DNA of 64,000 nt from an uncultured Alphaproteobacteria bacterium (GCA_963728515.1 CAVSKM010000005.1:39232-103231), one strand, 5' to 3'; shown: positions 10,874 through 20,571, counted from the first letter of the stretch. Notes: generated by a model not told the origin, from the sequence alone. Translations and numbers: made by a program.

Positions 10874-11724
10874 GCGACTGGTCGGCCTGGATCGGACGCG
10901 AGCAGCGCGCCGCGGATCGGCTCGATCCCGCGCTCGCGGCGCGATGGTGCGCGAGTTTCGACCGCGATGCGCCGCCCGGAGCGGAGATGCCGCAGGGGAT
11001 CCATCTGTGCCTCTGCACGCCCGAGGCGCGCACGGGCCAGCTCGGCGGGGACGGCCACCCGAGGCGCGACGACAGCGCCGCGAGCTTCCTGCCGCCGGTT
11101 CCGCTGCCGCGGCGCATGTGGGCCTCGAGTTCCATCCGCTTCCACGCACCGATCGCCATCGGCGCCACGGTCGAGCGGGTCAGCCGCATTGCCTCGGTCG
11201 AGCAAAAGGCCGGCCGGAGCGGGGCGATGGTGTTCGTCGGGATCGACCATGAGACTGCGGCCGATGGCGCGCTGGCGGTGCAGGAGCGGCAGGTGCTGGT
11301 CTATCTCGGCGCACCCGCGGCGGATGCGCCGCTGGTGCCGCCCGGGCCGGGCCCGGCGACCTTCGACCCGTCCGGCTGGGACGCCCATCGCGCGATCGCG
11401 CCCGACGAGATCCTGCTGTTCCGCTATTCGGCGCTGACCTTCAACAGCCATCGAATCCACTACGACGCCCCCTACGCCCGCGATGCGGAGCGCTATCGCG
11501 GGCTGGTGGTGCACGGTCCGCTGACCGCCAGCCTGCTGCTCCAGCTGGCGGCGGAGCGGTTCGGCGAGAACCGGCTGCGCCGCTTCGCCTTTCGCGGCGT
11601 CAGCCCGGCAATCGCGGGCGAGCCGCTGCATCTGGTCCTGCGGGGAGACGGCGAGGCGATCGAACTGGCCGCCTTCGCCGGCGACGGGCGCCAGGTGACC
11701 GAGGCGAATGCCGCGCTCGGCTGA
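10870..11724 (+). CDS. double hot-dog MaoC-like acyl dehydratase/hydratase (Meh/HTD2-like)
   Basis: ORF 10822..11724. The probable TTG start at 10870 overlaps the thiolase stop. Carries the PLPRRMWA motif and a C-terminal MaoC-like block (FNSHRIHYD...GLVVHGPL). Confidence 0.75.
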   Translation: MSDWSAWIGREQRAADRLDPALAARWCASFDRDAPPGAEMPQGIHLCLCTPEARTGQLGGDGHPRRDDSAASFLPPVPLPRRMWASSSIRFHAPIAIGATVERVSRIASVEQKAGRSGAMVFVGIDHETAADGALAVQERQVLVYLGAPAADAPLVPPGPGPATFDPSGWDAHRAIAPDEILLFRYSALTFNSHRIHYDAPYARDAERYRGLVVHGPLTASLLLQLAAERFGENRLRRFAFRGVSPAIAGEPLHLVLRGDGEAIELAAFAGDGRQVTEANAALG

Positions 11725-11755
11725 TTTGTAACTCGCTGCGGAAGCGGGTAAACCC

Positions 11756-12703
11756 GTGCCCATGGCAACACTCGCAGACCCCGACCAGGATTTCAGCCGC
11801 CTGCCCGATCTTCCGGCCGACGTGTTCACCGCGCCGCTGAAGAAGCCCGACCATGTCGGCGAGGACTGGCTCGAGCCGAAGCAGACCGACTATACCTCCG
11901 AAGACGATGCCGTCTGGAACGACCTGTTCGCGCGGCAGATGGAGGTGTTGCCCGGCCGCGCGGCAAGCGCTTTCATGGCCGGGCTGCAGAAGCTCAACCT
12001 CAACCGCGGCGGGGTCCCCGATTTCGGCAAGCTTTCCGAAGACCTCGACGCGCTGACCGGGTGGAGCGTGGTTCCGGTGCCGATGCTGATCCCCGACCAC
12101 GTGTTCTTCTGGCACCTCGCCAACCGGCGCTTCCCCGCGGGCAATTTCATCCGCACCCGCGAGACCTTCGACTACATCCAGGAGCCCGACGTCTTCCACG
12201 ACGTGTTCGGCCACGTGCCGATGCTGACCGATCCGGTCTATGCCGATTACATGCAGGAATATGGTCGCGCGGGTTGGAAGGCGATGCATTACAACCGGCT
12301 GAAGGCTCTGGGTGCCCTCTACTGGTACACGGTCGAATTCGGGTTGATCGAGGAACAGCCGGGCGACATCCGCGCCTATGGCGCGGGGATCCTCTCGGGC
12401 CCGACCGAAGTCGTCTATGCGGTCGAGGCCGAAAGCCCCAACCGGATCATGCTCAACGTCGATCGGGTGATGCGGACCGATTACGTGATCAGCGACCTGC
12501 AGCCGACCTATTTCGTGATCGACAGCTTCGAGGATCTCTACCACCAGACCGTCGAACGCGATTTCGACCGGCTCTACCGGAACCTCGGTCCGGGCTTCAC
12601 CTACGCCAATACGGCGGTGATCGATGTCGATTACGTGCTCAACCGCGGAACGCTGGAATATGCCCTGCGTGGCGGGCGAGGGAGCGGCGCGAAGCCGGTG
12701 TGA
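11756..12703 (+). CDS. phhA: phenylalanine 4-monooxygenase
   Basis: Aromatic amino-acid hydroxylase iron-site blocks PDVFHDVFGHVPML and YWYTVEFGL. Start is GTG 11756 or ATG 11762. Confidence 0.92.
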   Translation: MPMATLADPDQDFSRLPDLPADVFTAPLKKPDHVGEDWLEPKQTDYTSEDDAVWNDLFARQMEVLPGRAASAFMAGLQKLNLNRGGVPDFGKLSEDLDALTGWSVVPVPMLIPDHVFFWHLANRRFPAGNFIRTRETFDYIQEPDVFHDVFGHVPMLTDPVYADYMQEYGRAGWKAMHYNRLKALGALYWYTVEFGLIEEQPGDIRAYGAGILSGPTEVVYAVEAESPNRIMLNVDRVMRTDYVISDLQPTYFVIDSFEDLYHQTVERDFDRLYRNLGPGFTYANTAVIDVDYVLNRGTLEYALRGGRGSGAKPV

Positions 12704-12730
12704 CCGTCCGCTGAGGACGGACGAACGAAA

Positions 12731-12756
12731 ACGGCCCGGGATCGCTCCCGGGCCGT
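12731..12756 (-). terminator. intrinsic terminator (possibly bidirectional) between phhA and the acidic lipoprotein gene
   Basis: Perfect 11-bp stem acggcccggga/tcccgggccgt with a 4-nt loop. On the minus strand it is followed by TTTTCGTTCGT, 20 nt after the stop at 12777. Confidence 0.6.
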
Positions 12757-12776
12757 CACGTTCGGATGATCCGAAA

Positions 12777-13034
12777 TTATTCGGCGACGACGGTGTCGTC
12801 TTCGGCAGCTTCTTCCATGGCGTCGGCGCGATCTTCGGCGGCCTCGGTCATGGCATCTTCCTGCTCGTCGGTGATCTGGCCCGCGTCTTCCATGGCTTCG
12901 GCCTGGTCATTCACCATTTCGGCATTCTGCTCGCCGATATCCTCGGCTTCGTTCTCGGCAGCCGAATCGCAAGCGGCAAGGCCCAGGCTCAGCGCAGCGG
13001 CCGAAGCGACGATCATGGCTTTGTTGAACTTCAT
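12777..13034 (-). CDS. small hyper-acidic lipoprotein
   Basis: Internal ATG 13034 gives MKFNKAMIVASAAALSLGLAAC|DS (lipobox). RBS AAGGGGAAGAG. The mature part is about half D/E, with A-[DE]-A-M-[DE] repeats. Confidence 0.65.
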   Translation of the reverse strand: MKFNKAMIVASAAALSLGLAACDSAAENEAEDIGEQNAEMVNDQAEAMEDAGQITDEQEDAMTEAAEDRADAMEEAAEDDTVVAE

Positions 13035-13116
13035 AATTCTCTTCCCCTTGGTTGTAGAAGCACCGTCGATAGCAACGCTGCAGCTTGGTGATAAGCGAAA
13101 AGTGGCGAAAATGTGA

Positions 13117-13371
13117 TCAGCGGTAGGCGCGTTGCCGGACCAGGTGGAACAGCCCGACCGCCAGGACCGCACCGAATACGGCCCAGAGCAGTGCGATCCC
13201 GCTGACGGTTCCGACGACCGCTCCGTCGCCGGCGACGAGGCCGGCGAGCAGCGAACCGAGCACGCCGACCAGCGCATTGGTCAGGATACCCCGGCCGTCC
13301 TCGATCCGCAGGATGATCGTGCCCAGCCAGCCCAGCAGGGCGCCTACGACGATCAGGATCAGGAGTCCCAT
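13117..13371 (-). CDS. GlsB/YeaQ/YmgE family stress-response membrane protein
   Basis: 84 aa with three Gly-rich TM helices (MGLLILIVVGALLGWLG...), typical of transglycosylase-associated/GlsB family proteins. Confidence 0.8.
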   Translation of the reverse strand: MGLLILIVVGALLGWLGTIILRIEDGRGILTNALVGVLGSLLAGLVAGDGAVVGTVSGIALLWAVFGAVLAVGLFHLVRQRAYR

Positions 13372-13424
13372 TGCTTCAAACCTTCACAATCCGAGTTACC
13401 CCACAAAGCCGGGCCTGCGCGAAG

Positions 13425-13454
13425 GTTCCGCCCGCCTGCGAAATGCGGCGGAAC
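13425..13454 (-). terminator. hairpin downstream of uppP (terminator candidate without U-tract)
   Basis: 8-bp stem gttccgcc/ggcggaac (13425-13432 / 13447-13454), 14 nt after the uppP stop. Confidence 0.3.
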
Positions 13455-13467
13455 TGTGGCAAAAATG

Positions 13468-14283
13468 TCAGGCGAAGCCGAGCCAAGCGATCGCCGCAGC
13501 GCCTGCCACGATGCGGTACCAGGCAAAGGGCGCGAAGCCGCTGCGGCTGACGAAGGCGACGAAGGCGCGGATGACGAACAGCGCGACGATGAAGCTGACC
13601 GCGAAACCGATTGCGATCTCGTCCCAGCCGACCCGGGCTCCGCCGGCCATCATGTCATCATAGTTCGAGACGACTTCCAGCGTGGTCGCGCCGATCATGG
13701 TCGGGACCGCGAGGAAGAAGGAGAACTCCGCGGCGGTCTTGCGGTTGATGCCCATCGCCAGCGCTCCCATGATCGTCGCGCCCGAGCGGCTGACGCCGGG
13801 AATCATCGCAAGGCATTGCGCGAAGCCCACGGCAAGGACCTTGCCCATCGGGAGATCGGCCACGCCGCGGCCCTCGTCGCGCGGCTTGGCCGCGCGCTCG
13901 ATCACCAGGATTGCTATTCCTCCGACGATCAGCGCCCATGGGACGATCCGCGGATTGCCGAGCATCGCCTCGAAGTATTCATAGAGCGCGAGACCGATCA
14001 CCGCGCTCGGCAGAAAGCCCAGCAGGACATTGCGCGCGAACATCAGACCTTCGCGTTCGCCCCGGAGCACACCCATCCCGGCGCTCCAGAAGGTCCCCCA
14101 ATATTGATAGACCACCGCCAGGATCGCGCCGAGCTGGATGACGACGTTGAACATCGCCCAGTCCTCGGGATCCGCGCCCGACAATTCGGTGGCGAGGATG
14201 AGGTGCCCGGTCGAGGAGACGGGTATGAACTCGGTCAGCCCTTCGACTATCCCGAGAAAGATGGCGGTGAGGAAATCGTTCAT
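13468..14283 (-). CDS. uppP: undecaprenyl-diphosphate phosphatase
   Basis: Internal ATG 14283 gives MNDFLTAIFLGIVEGLTEFIPVSSTGHL (BacA/UppP signature). Polytopic membrane protein. Confidence 0.93.
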   Translation of the reverse strand: MNDFLTAIFLGIVEGLTEFIPVSSTGHLILATELSGADPEDWAMFNVVIQLGAILAVVYQYWGTFWSAGMGVLRGEREGLMFARNVLLGFLPSAVIGLALYEYFEAMLGNPRIVPWALIVGGIAILVIERAAKPRDEGRGVADLPMGKVLAVGFAQCLAMIPGVSRSGATIMGALAMGINRKTAAEFSFFLAVPTMIGATTLEVVSNYDDMMAGGARVGWDEIAIGFAVSFIVALFVIRAFVAFVSRSGFAPFAWYRIVAGAAAIAWLGFA

Positions 14284-14296
14284 TGCCACTGGCCCC

Positions 14297-14337
14297 AAGA
14301 GAAACGGGCGGGACAAGTCAAGCGACCTGTCCCGCCC
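14297..14337 (-). terminator. intrinsic terminator of the M13 peptidase gene
   Basis: Perfect 10-bp stem gggcgggaca/tgtcccgccc (14306-14315 / 14328-14337). On the minus strand it is followed by GTTTCTCTT. Confidence 0.7.
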
Positions 14338-14362
14338 GCGGCGCAATTAGCGGCGGAGGATC

Positions 14363-16486
14363 CTACCAGATGCGGAGGCGCTGCTCCGGCGGCAGGTAGA
14401 GCTCGTCCTCGGGAGTCACGCCGAAGGCCTGGTACCATTCATCCATATTTCGCACGATGCCGTTCACGCGGAACTCTTCCGGGCTGTGCGGATCGGTCCG
14501 CAGCCGCTGCCGGGCTGCATCCTCGCGCTGCTGCGAGCGCCACACCTGGGCCCAGGCGAGGAAGAATCGCTGGTCGCCGGTCAAACCGTCGATCACCTTG
14601 TCCTCCTTGCCGTCGAGCGACAGCTTGTAGGCGCGATAGGCGAGGCTCAGTCCGCCGAGGTCGCCGATGTTCTCGCCCAGCGTGAGCCGGCCGTTGACAC
14701 AGGTCTCGCCCTGATCGAGCGGGCAGAACTTGTTGTATTGTTCGACCAGCGCATCGCCGAGTTCGTCGAAGGCCTCGCGGTCCTCGTCAGTCCACCAGTT
14801 GCGCAGCATGCCGGTGCTGTCGGACTTGGACCCCTGGTCGTCGAAGCCATGGCCCATCTCATGGCCGATCACCCCGCCGATGCCTCCGTAATTGACCGCC
14901 GGATCGGCAGTCACGCCGAAGAACGGCTGCTGCAGGATCGCAGCGGGGAAGACGATCTCGTTCTTGGTCGAATTGTAATAGGCGTTGACCGTCTGCGGCA
15001 GCATGAACCACTCGGTCCGGTCGATCGGCTCGCCGAGCTTGGAGACCATGTCCTGCCAGCCCCACTTCGCCGCCGCCATGCGGTTGGCCAGCGGATCGTC
15101 GCCGGTGATCGCAAGACCGGGGTAGGTCTCGAGGTTCTCGCGGTAGCCGATCTTGGGATCGAAGCTGCCCAGCTTGGCGAGCGCCTCTTCCTTGGTGTCC
15201 TCGCCCATCCACTCGATCTCGTCGATGCTCATCGCCAGCGCCTGGCGCAGATTCGCGACGAGCTCCGTCATCGCGGCCTTGTTCTCGGCCGGGAAATAAC
15301 GTTCGACATAGGACTTGCCGACGAGCTCGCCGAGCATGCCCTCGGTTGCGGCGATCGCCCGCTTCCAGCGTGGGCGTTGCTCGGGCGTGCCCTGCAGCAG
15401 CGTGCCGTAGAAGGCGAAATCGGCTTCGTCGAAGCGCTTCGGAAGGATCGCAGCGTTGTTCTCGAGCATTTCCTTGACCGTCCACGCCTGCAGCACCTCG
15501 ACCGGGGTCGTCATCAGCAGCGTGGTCATCGCCGGCGTGCCGCCGCCGATTTTCGCAAGCGTCGCCTCGTCGAGGCCCAGTTCCTTTGCCCGTTCCGCGC
15601 TCGGAGGCATGTCGCTGACCACGAAGCGGTCGGTGTCGCCGAAGCCCGATTCGCGAACCATCGCCATCAGCGGGAATCCGTTGCCGAGTTCGCCCAGCTC
15701 GGCCGGCGTCAGCGCGGTGTAGGTCAGGTCGCGGTTGCGGCGGGTTGCGCGGTCCCAGCTGACCTTGCGCGCGATGCTGTCCTCGAAGTCGTAGATCTTC
15801 TGGGCCATCCCCTGAGGATCGGAATAGCCAGCCTCGCCGAGCAGGAAGGCGAGGTATTCACGATACTTCTGCTGGATGTTGCGACCCTTCTCGGTCTCGT
15901 CGAGATAGTAGTCGCGGTCGGGCAGGCCGAGCCCGCCCGAGCCGAGATGGACCGAATAGCGGTCGGGCTGCTTGGCATCGACCGAGACGTAGCCGCCCAG
16001 CGGCGAGGCATAGCCCGGCGTGGCCCAAAGCGAGGCCAGTGCAGCCATGGTTTCGGCACCCCTGATCTGCTCGAGATAGGGCTCGATCGGCGACAGACCC
16101 GCCAACTCGATCGCTGCGGTGTCGAGATAGGCATTATAGGCATCCACAATCCGCTTTTCGTCGGAGGTGAGCGCTGCGGGGTCCTTGGCGAGCAGTTCCT
16201 GCACCAGCGTCTGGACGTCGCTGGTGGATTTCTCGCGGAGCAGGTTGAATGCGCCGAAGCGGCTGAATTCCGCCGGGAGCGGATTGGCATCGAGCCATTT
16301 CTGGTTGGCATAGGCGAAGAAGTCATCCCCGGGATCCACATCCTTGGACAGATAGTCGGGATCGAAGCCCCAGGTGCCGAAGCTCATCGTCGGCAGATCG
16401 GTCTCGTCGGCCTGCTGGGCAAGGGCGGGGGTCGCAAGCGTGAGCGCCAGAGCGCTCGCGCCTGCGGCAAGCAGTGTACGTATCAT
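14363..16486 (-). CDS. M13 family zinc metallopeptidase (PepO/endothelin-converting-enzyme-like)
   Basis: Internal ATG 16486 gives a signal peptide (MIRTLLAAGASALALTLATPALAQQ). HExxH motif (VIGHEMGHGFD) and downstream ENIGDLGG block. Confidence 0.92.
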   Translation of the reverse strand: MIRTLLAAGASALALTLATPALAQQADETDLPTMSFGTWGFDPDYLSKDVDPGDDFFAYANQKWLDANPLPAEFSRFGAFNLLREKSTSDVQTLVQELLAKDPAALTSDEKRIVDAYNAYLDTAAIELAGLSPIEPYLEQIRGAETMAALASLWATPGYASPLGGYVSVDAKQPDRYSVHLGSGGLGLPDRDYYLDETEKGRNIQQKYREYLAFLLGEAGYSDPQGMAQKIYDFEDSIARKVSWDRATRRNRDLTYTALTPAELGELGNGFPLMAMVRESGFGDTDRFVVSDMPPSAERAKELGLDEATLAKIGGGTPAMTTLLMTTPVEVLQAWTVKEMLENNAAILPKRFDEADFAFYGTLLQGTPEQRPRWKRAIAATEGMLGELVGKSYVERYFPAENKAAMTELVANLRQALAMSIDEIEWMGEDTKEEALAKLGSFDPKIGYRENLETYPGLAITGDDPLANRMAAAKWGWQDMVSKLGEPIDRTEWFMLPQTVNAYYNSTKNEIVFPAAILQQPFFGVTADPAVNYGGIGGVIGHEMGHGFDDQGSKSDSTGMLRNWWTDEDREAFDELGDALVEQYNKFCPLDQGETCVNGRLTLGENIGDLGGLSLAYRAYKLSLDGKEDKVIDGLTGDQRFFLAWAQVWRSQQREDAARQRLRTDPHSPEEFRVNGIVRNMDEWYQAFGVTPEDELYLPPEQRLRIW

Positions 16487-16609
16487 CGGTGCAGTCTCCC
16501 AAAATTCACGCGACCGGCCCGGGCGGGCCATTGACAGGCCGCAGGCCTAGCACAGCCCGCCGCCGGATCGAAGTCGTTGGTCGGGCGAGAGAACGCTCCC
16601 GCAGATGCT

Positions 16610-18445
16610 TCAGGCAGTCTCGAGCCCGAACTGCAGCGCGGCGAGGCGGGCATAGAGCCCCTGCGCTTCGGACAGCTCGCCATGCGTGCCCTGCTCGACG
16701 ATCCGGCCATGCTCCATCACCACGATGCGATCGGCGGCACGGACGGTCGACAGCCGGTGGGCGATCACCAGCGTGGTGCGATCCTCCATCAGATGTTCGA
16801 GCGCATCCTGGACCAGCCGCTCGCTCTCGGCATCGAGCGCGCTGGTGGCCTCGTCGAGCAGCAGGATGGGCGCATCGCGCAGCAGCGCCCGGGCGATCGC
16901 GATCCGCTGGCGCTGGCCGCCGGACAATCGGGTGCCGCTTTCGCCGAGATAGGTATCGAGTCCCTGCGGCAGCCGGTCGAGGAATTCCGCCGCATTGGCA
17001 GCCGCCGCCGCCGCCCGGATCTTGTCCTCGCTGGCCTCCCAGTTGCCGTAGCGCAGATTGTCGCGTGCATTGGCGCTGAACAACACGCCTTCTTGCGGCA
17101 CATAGGCGATGCGTCTCCGGATCTCGGCGGGATCGGCGCTCGTCAGCGGCACGCCGTCGAGCCGGATCGAGCCCCCCTGAGGGTCGTAAAATCGCTCGGC
17201 AAGCTGGAAGATGGTCGATTTCCCCGCACCCGAAGGGCCGACGATGGCGACCGTCTCGCCCGGCTCGATCTCGAGGCTGAAATCCATGATCGCCGGCGCT
17301 TCGGGCCGGGTCGGATAGCGGAAGGTGACGTTGCGGAACGACAGGCTGCCGCGCGGCGGCTGCGGCAGCGCCTGCGGCCGCGCGGGCGCGGTGATCGCGG
17401 GTCTTTCCTCCAGCAGCTCCGACAGGCGGCTCGCTGCGCCGGCGCCGCGGAGGAGATCGCCGTACACCTCGGTCAGCGCGCCGATCGCGCCGGCAACAAG
17501 CCCCGCGGTGAGGACGAATGCGGCGATGGTGCCGCCGGAGATGGTTCCTTCGCTCACAGCCTCGGCGCCGCGCCACACCAGCAGGGTGATCCCGCCGAAG
17601 ACGAAGAAGATCACCACGGCGGTCATTGCGGCGCGGATGATCACCCGCCGCTTGGCGACCGAGAAGGTCCGCTCGACCGCCTCGACGAAGCGCCCGTGCT
17701 CGCGGGCTTCCTGGTTGAAGCCCTGGACGATCTTCATCGCCGAAAGCACTTCGGTGACCATCGCCCCGATGTCGGCGACGCGGTCCTGGCTGGTGCGCGA
17801 GACCTTGCGCAGCCGCCGTCCGAACAGGGTGATCGGGATCACGATCGCCGGGATCACGAGAAACAATCCCATGGTCAGGCCAGGGACCAGCCAGAACAGA
17901 TAGACGGTACCGCCGGCCGCCATGAGCAGATTGCGCAAGGCAACCGAGACTGTGGTGCCGACCACCGTTTCGATCAGCGCGGTGTCGCTGGTCATCCGGC
18001 TGGAGATTTCCTTGGGGCTGTTCTCTTCGTAGAAGCCGGGCGCGAGCCTGAGTAGATTGTCCTGCACTTTCAAACGGATGTCGGCGACCACCCGTTCGCC
18101 GAGCCAACTGACGAAATAGAACCGCATGGCCGTGCTCAGCGCCAGAACGCCGACGATCATCAGCAGATAGCGAAACCAGCGCGCCATATCGTCGGGGTTC
18201 GCGCCTTCGGCGAAGCCGCGGTCGATGACCATCTTGAACCCTGCGGGAATGGCGAGTGTCGCGGCGGCGGTGATGATCAGGGCGAGCAACGCCATGGCGA
18301 CGTGTCCCGGATAGTCGGCCCCTGCCTGCCACACCATCCGCAGTGGCTTCAGCGAGCGTTCGCGCGGCGCATCGCCCGCGGCGAGTTTCCTCGCGAAACG
18401 TCCCCGGGGCTTGCCCGCTGCCCTATCCATACCCTCGCTCGACAT
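16610..18445 (-). CDS. ABC exporter, fused permease/ATPase (ABCB/MsbA-like)
   Basis: Six-TM N-terminal domain. Walker A GPSGAGKST, signature LSGGQRQRIAIARAL, Walker B ILLLDEATSALD. Start is ATG 18445 or 18430; the longer ORF is unlikely. Confidence 0.9.
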   Translation of the reverse strand: MSSEGMDRAAGKPRGRFARKLAAGDAPRERSLKPLRMVWQAGADYPGHVAMALLALIITAAATLAIPAGFKMVIDRGFAEGANPDDMARWFRYLLMIVGVLALSTAMRFYFVSWLGERVVADIRLKVQDNLLRLAPGFYEENSPKEISSRMTSDTALIETVVGTTVSVALRNLLMAAGGTVYLFWLVPGLTMGLFLVIPAIVIPITLFGRRLRKVSRTSQDRVADIGAMVTEVLSAMKIVQGFNQEAREHGRFVEAVERTFSVAKRRVIIRAAMTAVVIFFVFGGITLLVWRGAEAVSEGTISGGTIAAFVLTAGLVAGAIGALTEVYGDLLRGAGAASRLSELLEERPAITAPARPQALPQPPRGSLSFRNVTFRYPTRPEAPAIMDFSLEIEPGETVAIVGPSGAGKSTIFQLAERFYDPQGGSIRLDGVPLTSADPAEIRRRIAYVPQEGVLFSANARDNLRYGNWEASEDKIRAAAAAANAAEFLDRLPQGLDTYLGESGTRLSGGQRQRIAIARALLRDAPILLLDEATSALDAESERLVQDALEHLMEDRTTLVIAHRLSTVRAADRIVVMEHGRIVEQGTHGELSEAQGLYARLAALQFGLETA

Positions 18446-18536
18446 GCGGACCCACCTAGGTCGGGTGGCGGGGAAAATCCACTGCGCTGCGCCGCCAGCG
18501 CAAGTCGAAGCCGGATTCAAGGCACATTTCAACCGT

Positions 18537-18551
18537 TTGTGCATTGCACAA
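18537..18551. promoter_or_regulatory. perfect 7-1-7 palindrome TTGTGCAtTGCACAA, candidate PhaR-type operator
   Basis: Lies in the divergent ABC/phaZ intergenic region and contains a TGC-N3-GCA core. Confidence 0.45.
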
Positions 18552-18630
18552 GAGCCTGCGGAACGGCAGGATGGCCGTCTTTCGCCCGGCAAACACAACC
18601 AGAACGGCCGGGTCAGCAGGGGATACGCAA

Positions 18631-19869
18631 TTGCTCTACCACGCCTATGAACTGCAGCGCAGCTGGCTGAATTCGGCCAGCGCCTGGGCCTCGATCGGGG
18701 TCGAAATGCTGAACAATCCCGCCAATCCGATCAATTATGTCGGGCCGATGGGCTATCTCGACATCGGTCCGACCGCGGCAAGCGCGCTGGAGGTCTTCGC
18801 CCATGCCACGGCGAGCTACGGCAAGCCCGCCTGGAACCTTGATGCGGTCGAGATCGACGGCGAGGCAGACCCCGTGGTCGAGGCGACGGTAATCAATCGT
18901 CCCTTCGGCGATCTCAAGCGCTTCCATCGCACGGGCCTGCCCGCCGACGCACCCAGCCTGCTCGTGGTCGCGCCGATGAGTGGCCATTACGCCACCCTGT
19001 TGCGCGGCACGGTCGAGCGGATGCTGCGGACCTATCGCGTCTTCGTGACGGACTGGGCCGATGCCAAGACTGTCCCGCTCTTCGAAGGCGATTTCGATCT
19101 CGACGAATATATCGATTATGTGATCGGCTTCCTCGAGCATATCGGTGAAGGCGCGCATGTGATGGCGGTCTGCCAGCCGTCGGTTCCGGTCTTCGCCGCG
19201 ACCGCGATCATGAACCGCGACGGCCATCGCTGCACCCCAGCGACGCTGACCATGATGGGCGGCCCGATCGATACGCGCTGTTCGCCCACCAGCGTCAACG
19301 ATCTCGCCATGGACCGCCCCATCGAATGGTTCCGCCACAACGTCATCGCCACCGTTCCGATGCAATATCGCGGCGCCGGCCGGCGGGTCTATCCCGGTTT
19401 CATGCAGCTCGCCGGCTTCATGACCATGAATCTCGGCAACCACATGATGAGCCATTACGAGATGTTCAAACACCTCACGACCGGCGATGAGGAAAGCGCG
19501 CAGGCGACCAAGGACTTCTACGACGAATACCGCAGCGTCTGCGACATGACCGCAGAATTCTACCTGCAGACCGTGCAGGAGGTGTTCCAGGACCATGCCC
19601 TGCCCAGGGGTACCTTCCTCCACCGCGGCAAGCGGGTCGATCTCGGCGACATCACCGAGACCGCGTTGCTGGCGATCGAAGGCGAACGCGACGACATTTC
19701 GGGACTGGGGCAGACCAGGGCCGCGCTCGATCTGACGCCAAAACTCGCGGATGAGAAGAAGCGCTATTACATGGCCGAAGGCGCCGGGCATTACGGCATC
19801 TTCAACGGCAGCCGCTGGCGCGACAGGATTGCTCCGGTGGTCGAGGACTTCATCGCCCGACACGGCTGA
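18631..19869 (+). CDS. phaZ: intracellular polyhydroxyalkanoate depolymerase
   Basis: ORF 18544..19869 (the track start is TTG). TTG 18631 preceded by AGGGGA gives (M)LYHAYELQRSW, the usual PhaZ N-terminus as I recall it. ATG 18571 is also possible. Confidence 0.88.
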   Translation: MLYHAYELQRSWLNSASAWASIGVEMLNNPANPINYVGPMGYLDIGPTAASALEVFAHATASYGKPAWNLDAVEIDGEADPVVEATVINRPFGDLKRFHRTGLPADAPSLLVVAPMSGHYATLLRGTVERMLRTYRVFVTDWADAKTVPLFEGDFDLDEYIDYVIGFLEHIGEGAHVMAVCQPSVPVFAATAIMNRDGHRCTPATLTMMGGPIDTRCSPTSVNDLAMDRPIEWFRHNVIATVPMQYRGAGRRVYPGFMQLAGFMTMNLGNHMMSHYEMFKHLTTGDEESAQATKDFYDEYRSVCDMTAEFYLQTVQEVFQDHALPRGTFLHRGKRVDLGDITETALLAIEGERDDISGLGQTRAALDLTPKLADEKKRYYMAEGAGHYGIFNGSRWRDRIAPVVEDFIARHG

Positions 19870-19933
19870 GCCGAGACGCGGCCGAGGGCCGATTGGGACT
19901 CGGCACGATCCCTTAGCACGCAAAGATCCGGCT

Positions 19934-19958
19934 GGAACCTCCCCCTTGTCGGGGGGTT
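19934..19958 (+). promoter_or_regulatory. candidate EcfG (general stress sigma) type promoter
   Basis: GGAAC-N16-GGTT versus consensus GGAAC-N16/17-CGTT, 37 nt upstream of ATG 19996. The same bases can also fold as a C5/G6 hairpin after phaZ. Confidence 0.3.
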
Positions 19959-19995
19959 CGAACAGGACCGGGACAGCGCGAAAGGGAAACGCCGG

Positions 19996-20571
19996 ATGTC
20001 ACACCAGAAGGAAAGCCACACGCCGGCGAGCGAGCGCGACGATGCGCCGCCGACCGCCTCGAAGGACATCGAGTCCGAGCGCGCACTGAGCGCCGAGGCG
20101 GTGACCATCAACCGGCCGGCCCGCGAAATCTACGATTTCTGGCGCGATCCGACCAACCTTCCCTCGGTGCTCGAGAATATCGCCTCGATCGAGCCGATCG
20201 ACGCGACCCGTTCCCGCTGGACTGCAAAGGCGCCTGGCGGGCGGGAGGTGAGCTGGGAATCGGTGATCACCAAGGATGTGCCCGGGGAGGCGATCTACTG
20301 GCAATCGGCCGATGGCGCCGATGTGCCCAATAGCGGCCGGATCGAGTTCCGCGATGCGGGCCGGCGCGGCACGGTGGTGCGCGCGGTTATCGCCTACGAT
20401 CCACCCGGCGGCACGATCGGAAAGCTGGTGGCCAAGCTGTTCCAGCGCGAGCCGCGGATCCAGTCGCGGCGCGATCTGCACCGGTTGAAGCAGCTGCTGG
20501 AGGCGGGCGAGATCGCCACTTCGGCCTGGACCCGCGCTGGGCGGGAAGAAAGAGACGAGGACCAAGGCTGA
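19996..20571 (+). CDS. SRPBCC (cyclase/dehydrase) family protein
   Basis: 191 aa. The core [25 protein letters not shown]...RSRWTAKAP...WESVITKD is typical of polyketide-cyclase/START-like proteins. The stop overlaps the next ATG. Confidence 0.75.
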   Translation: MSHQKESHTPASERDDAPPTASKDIESERALSAEAVTINRPAREIYDFWRDPTNLPSVLENIASIEPIDATRSRWTAKAPGGREVSWESVITKDVPGEAIYWQSADGADVPNSGRIEFRDAGRRGTVVRAVIAYDPPGGTIGKLVAKLFQREPRIQSRRDLHRLKQLLEAGEIATSAWTRAGREERDEDQG

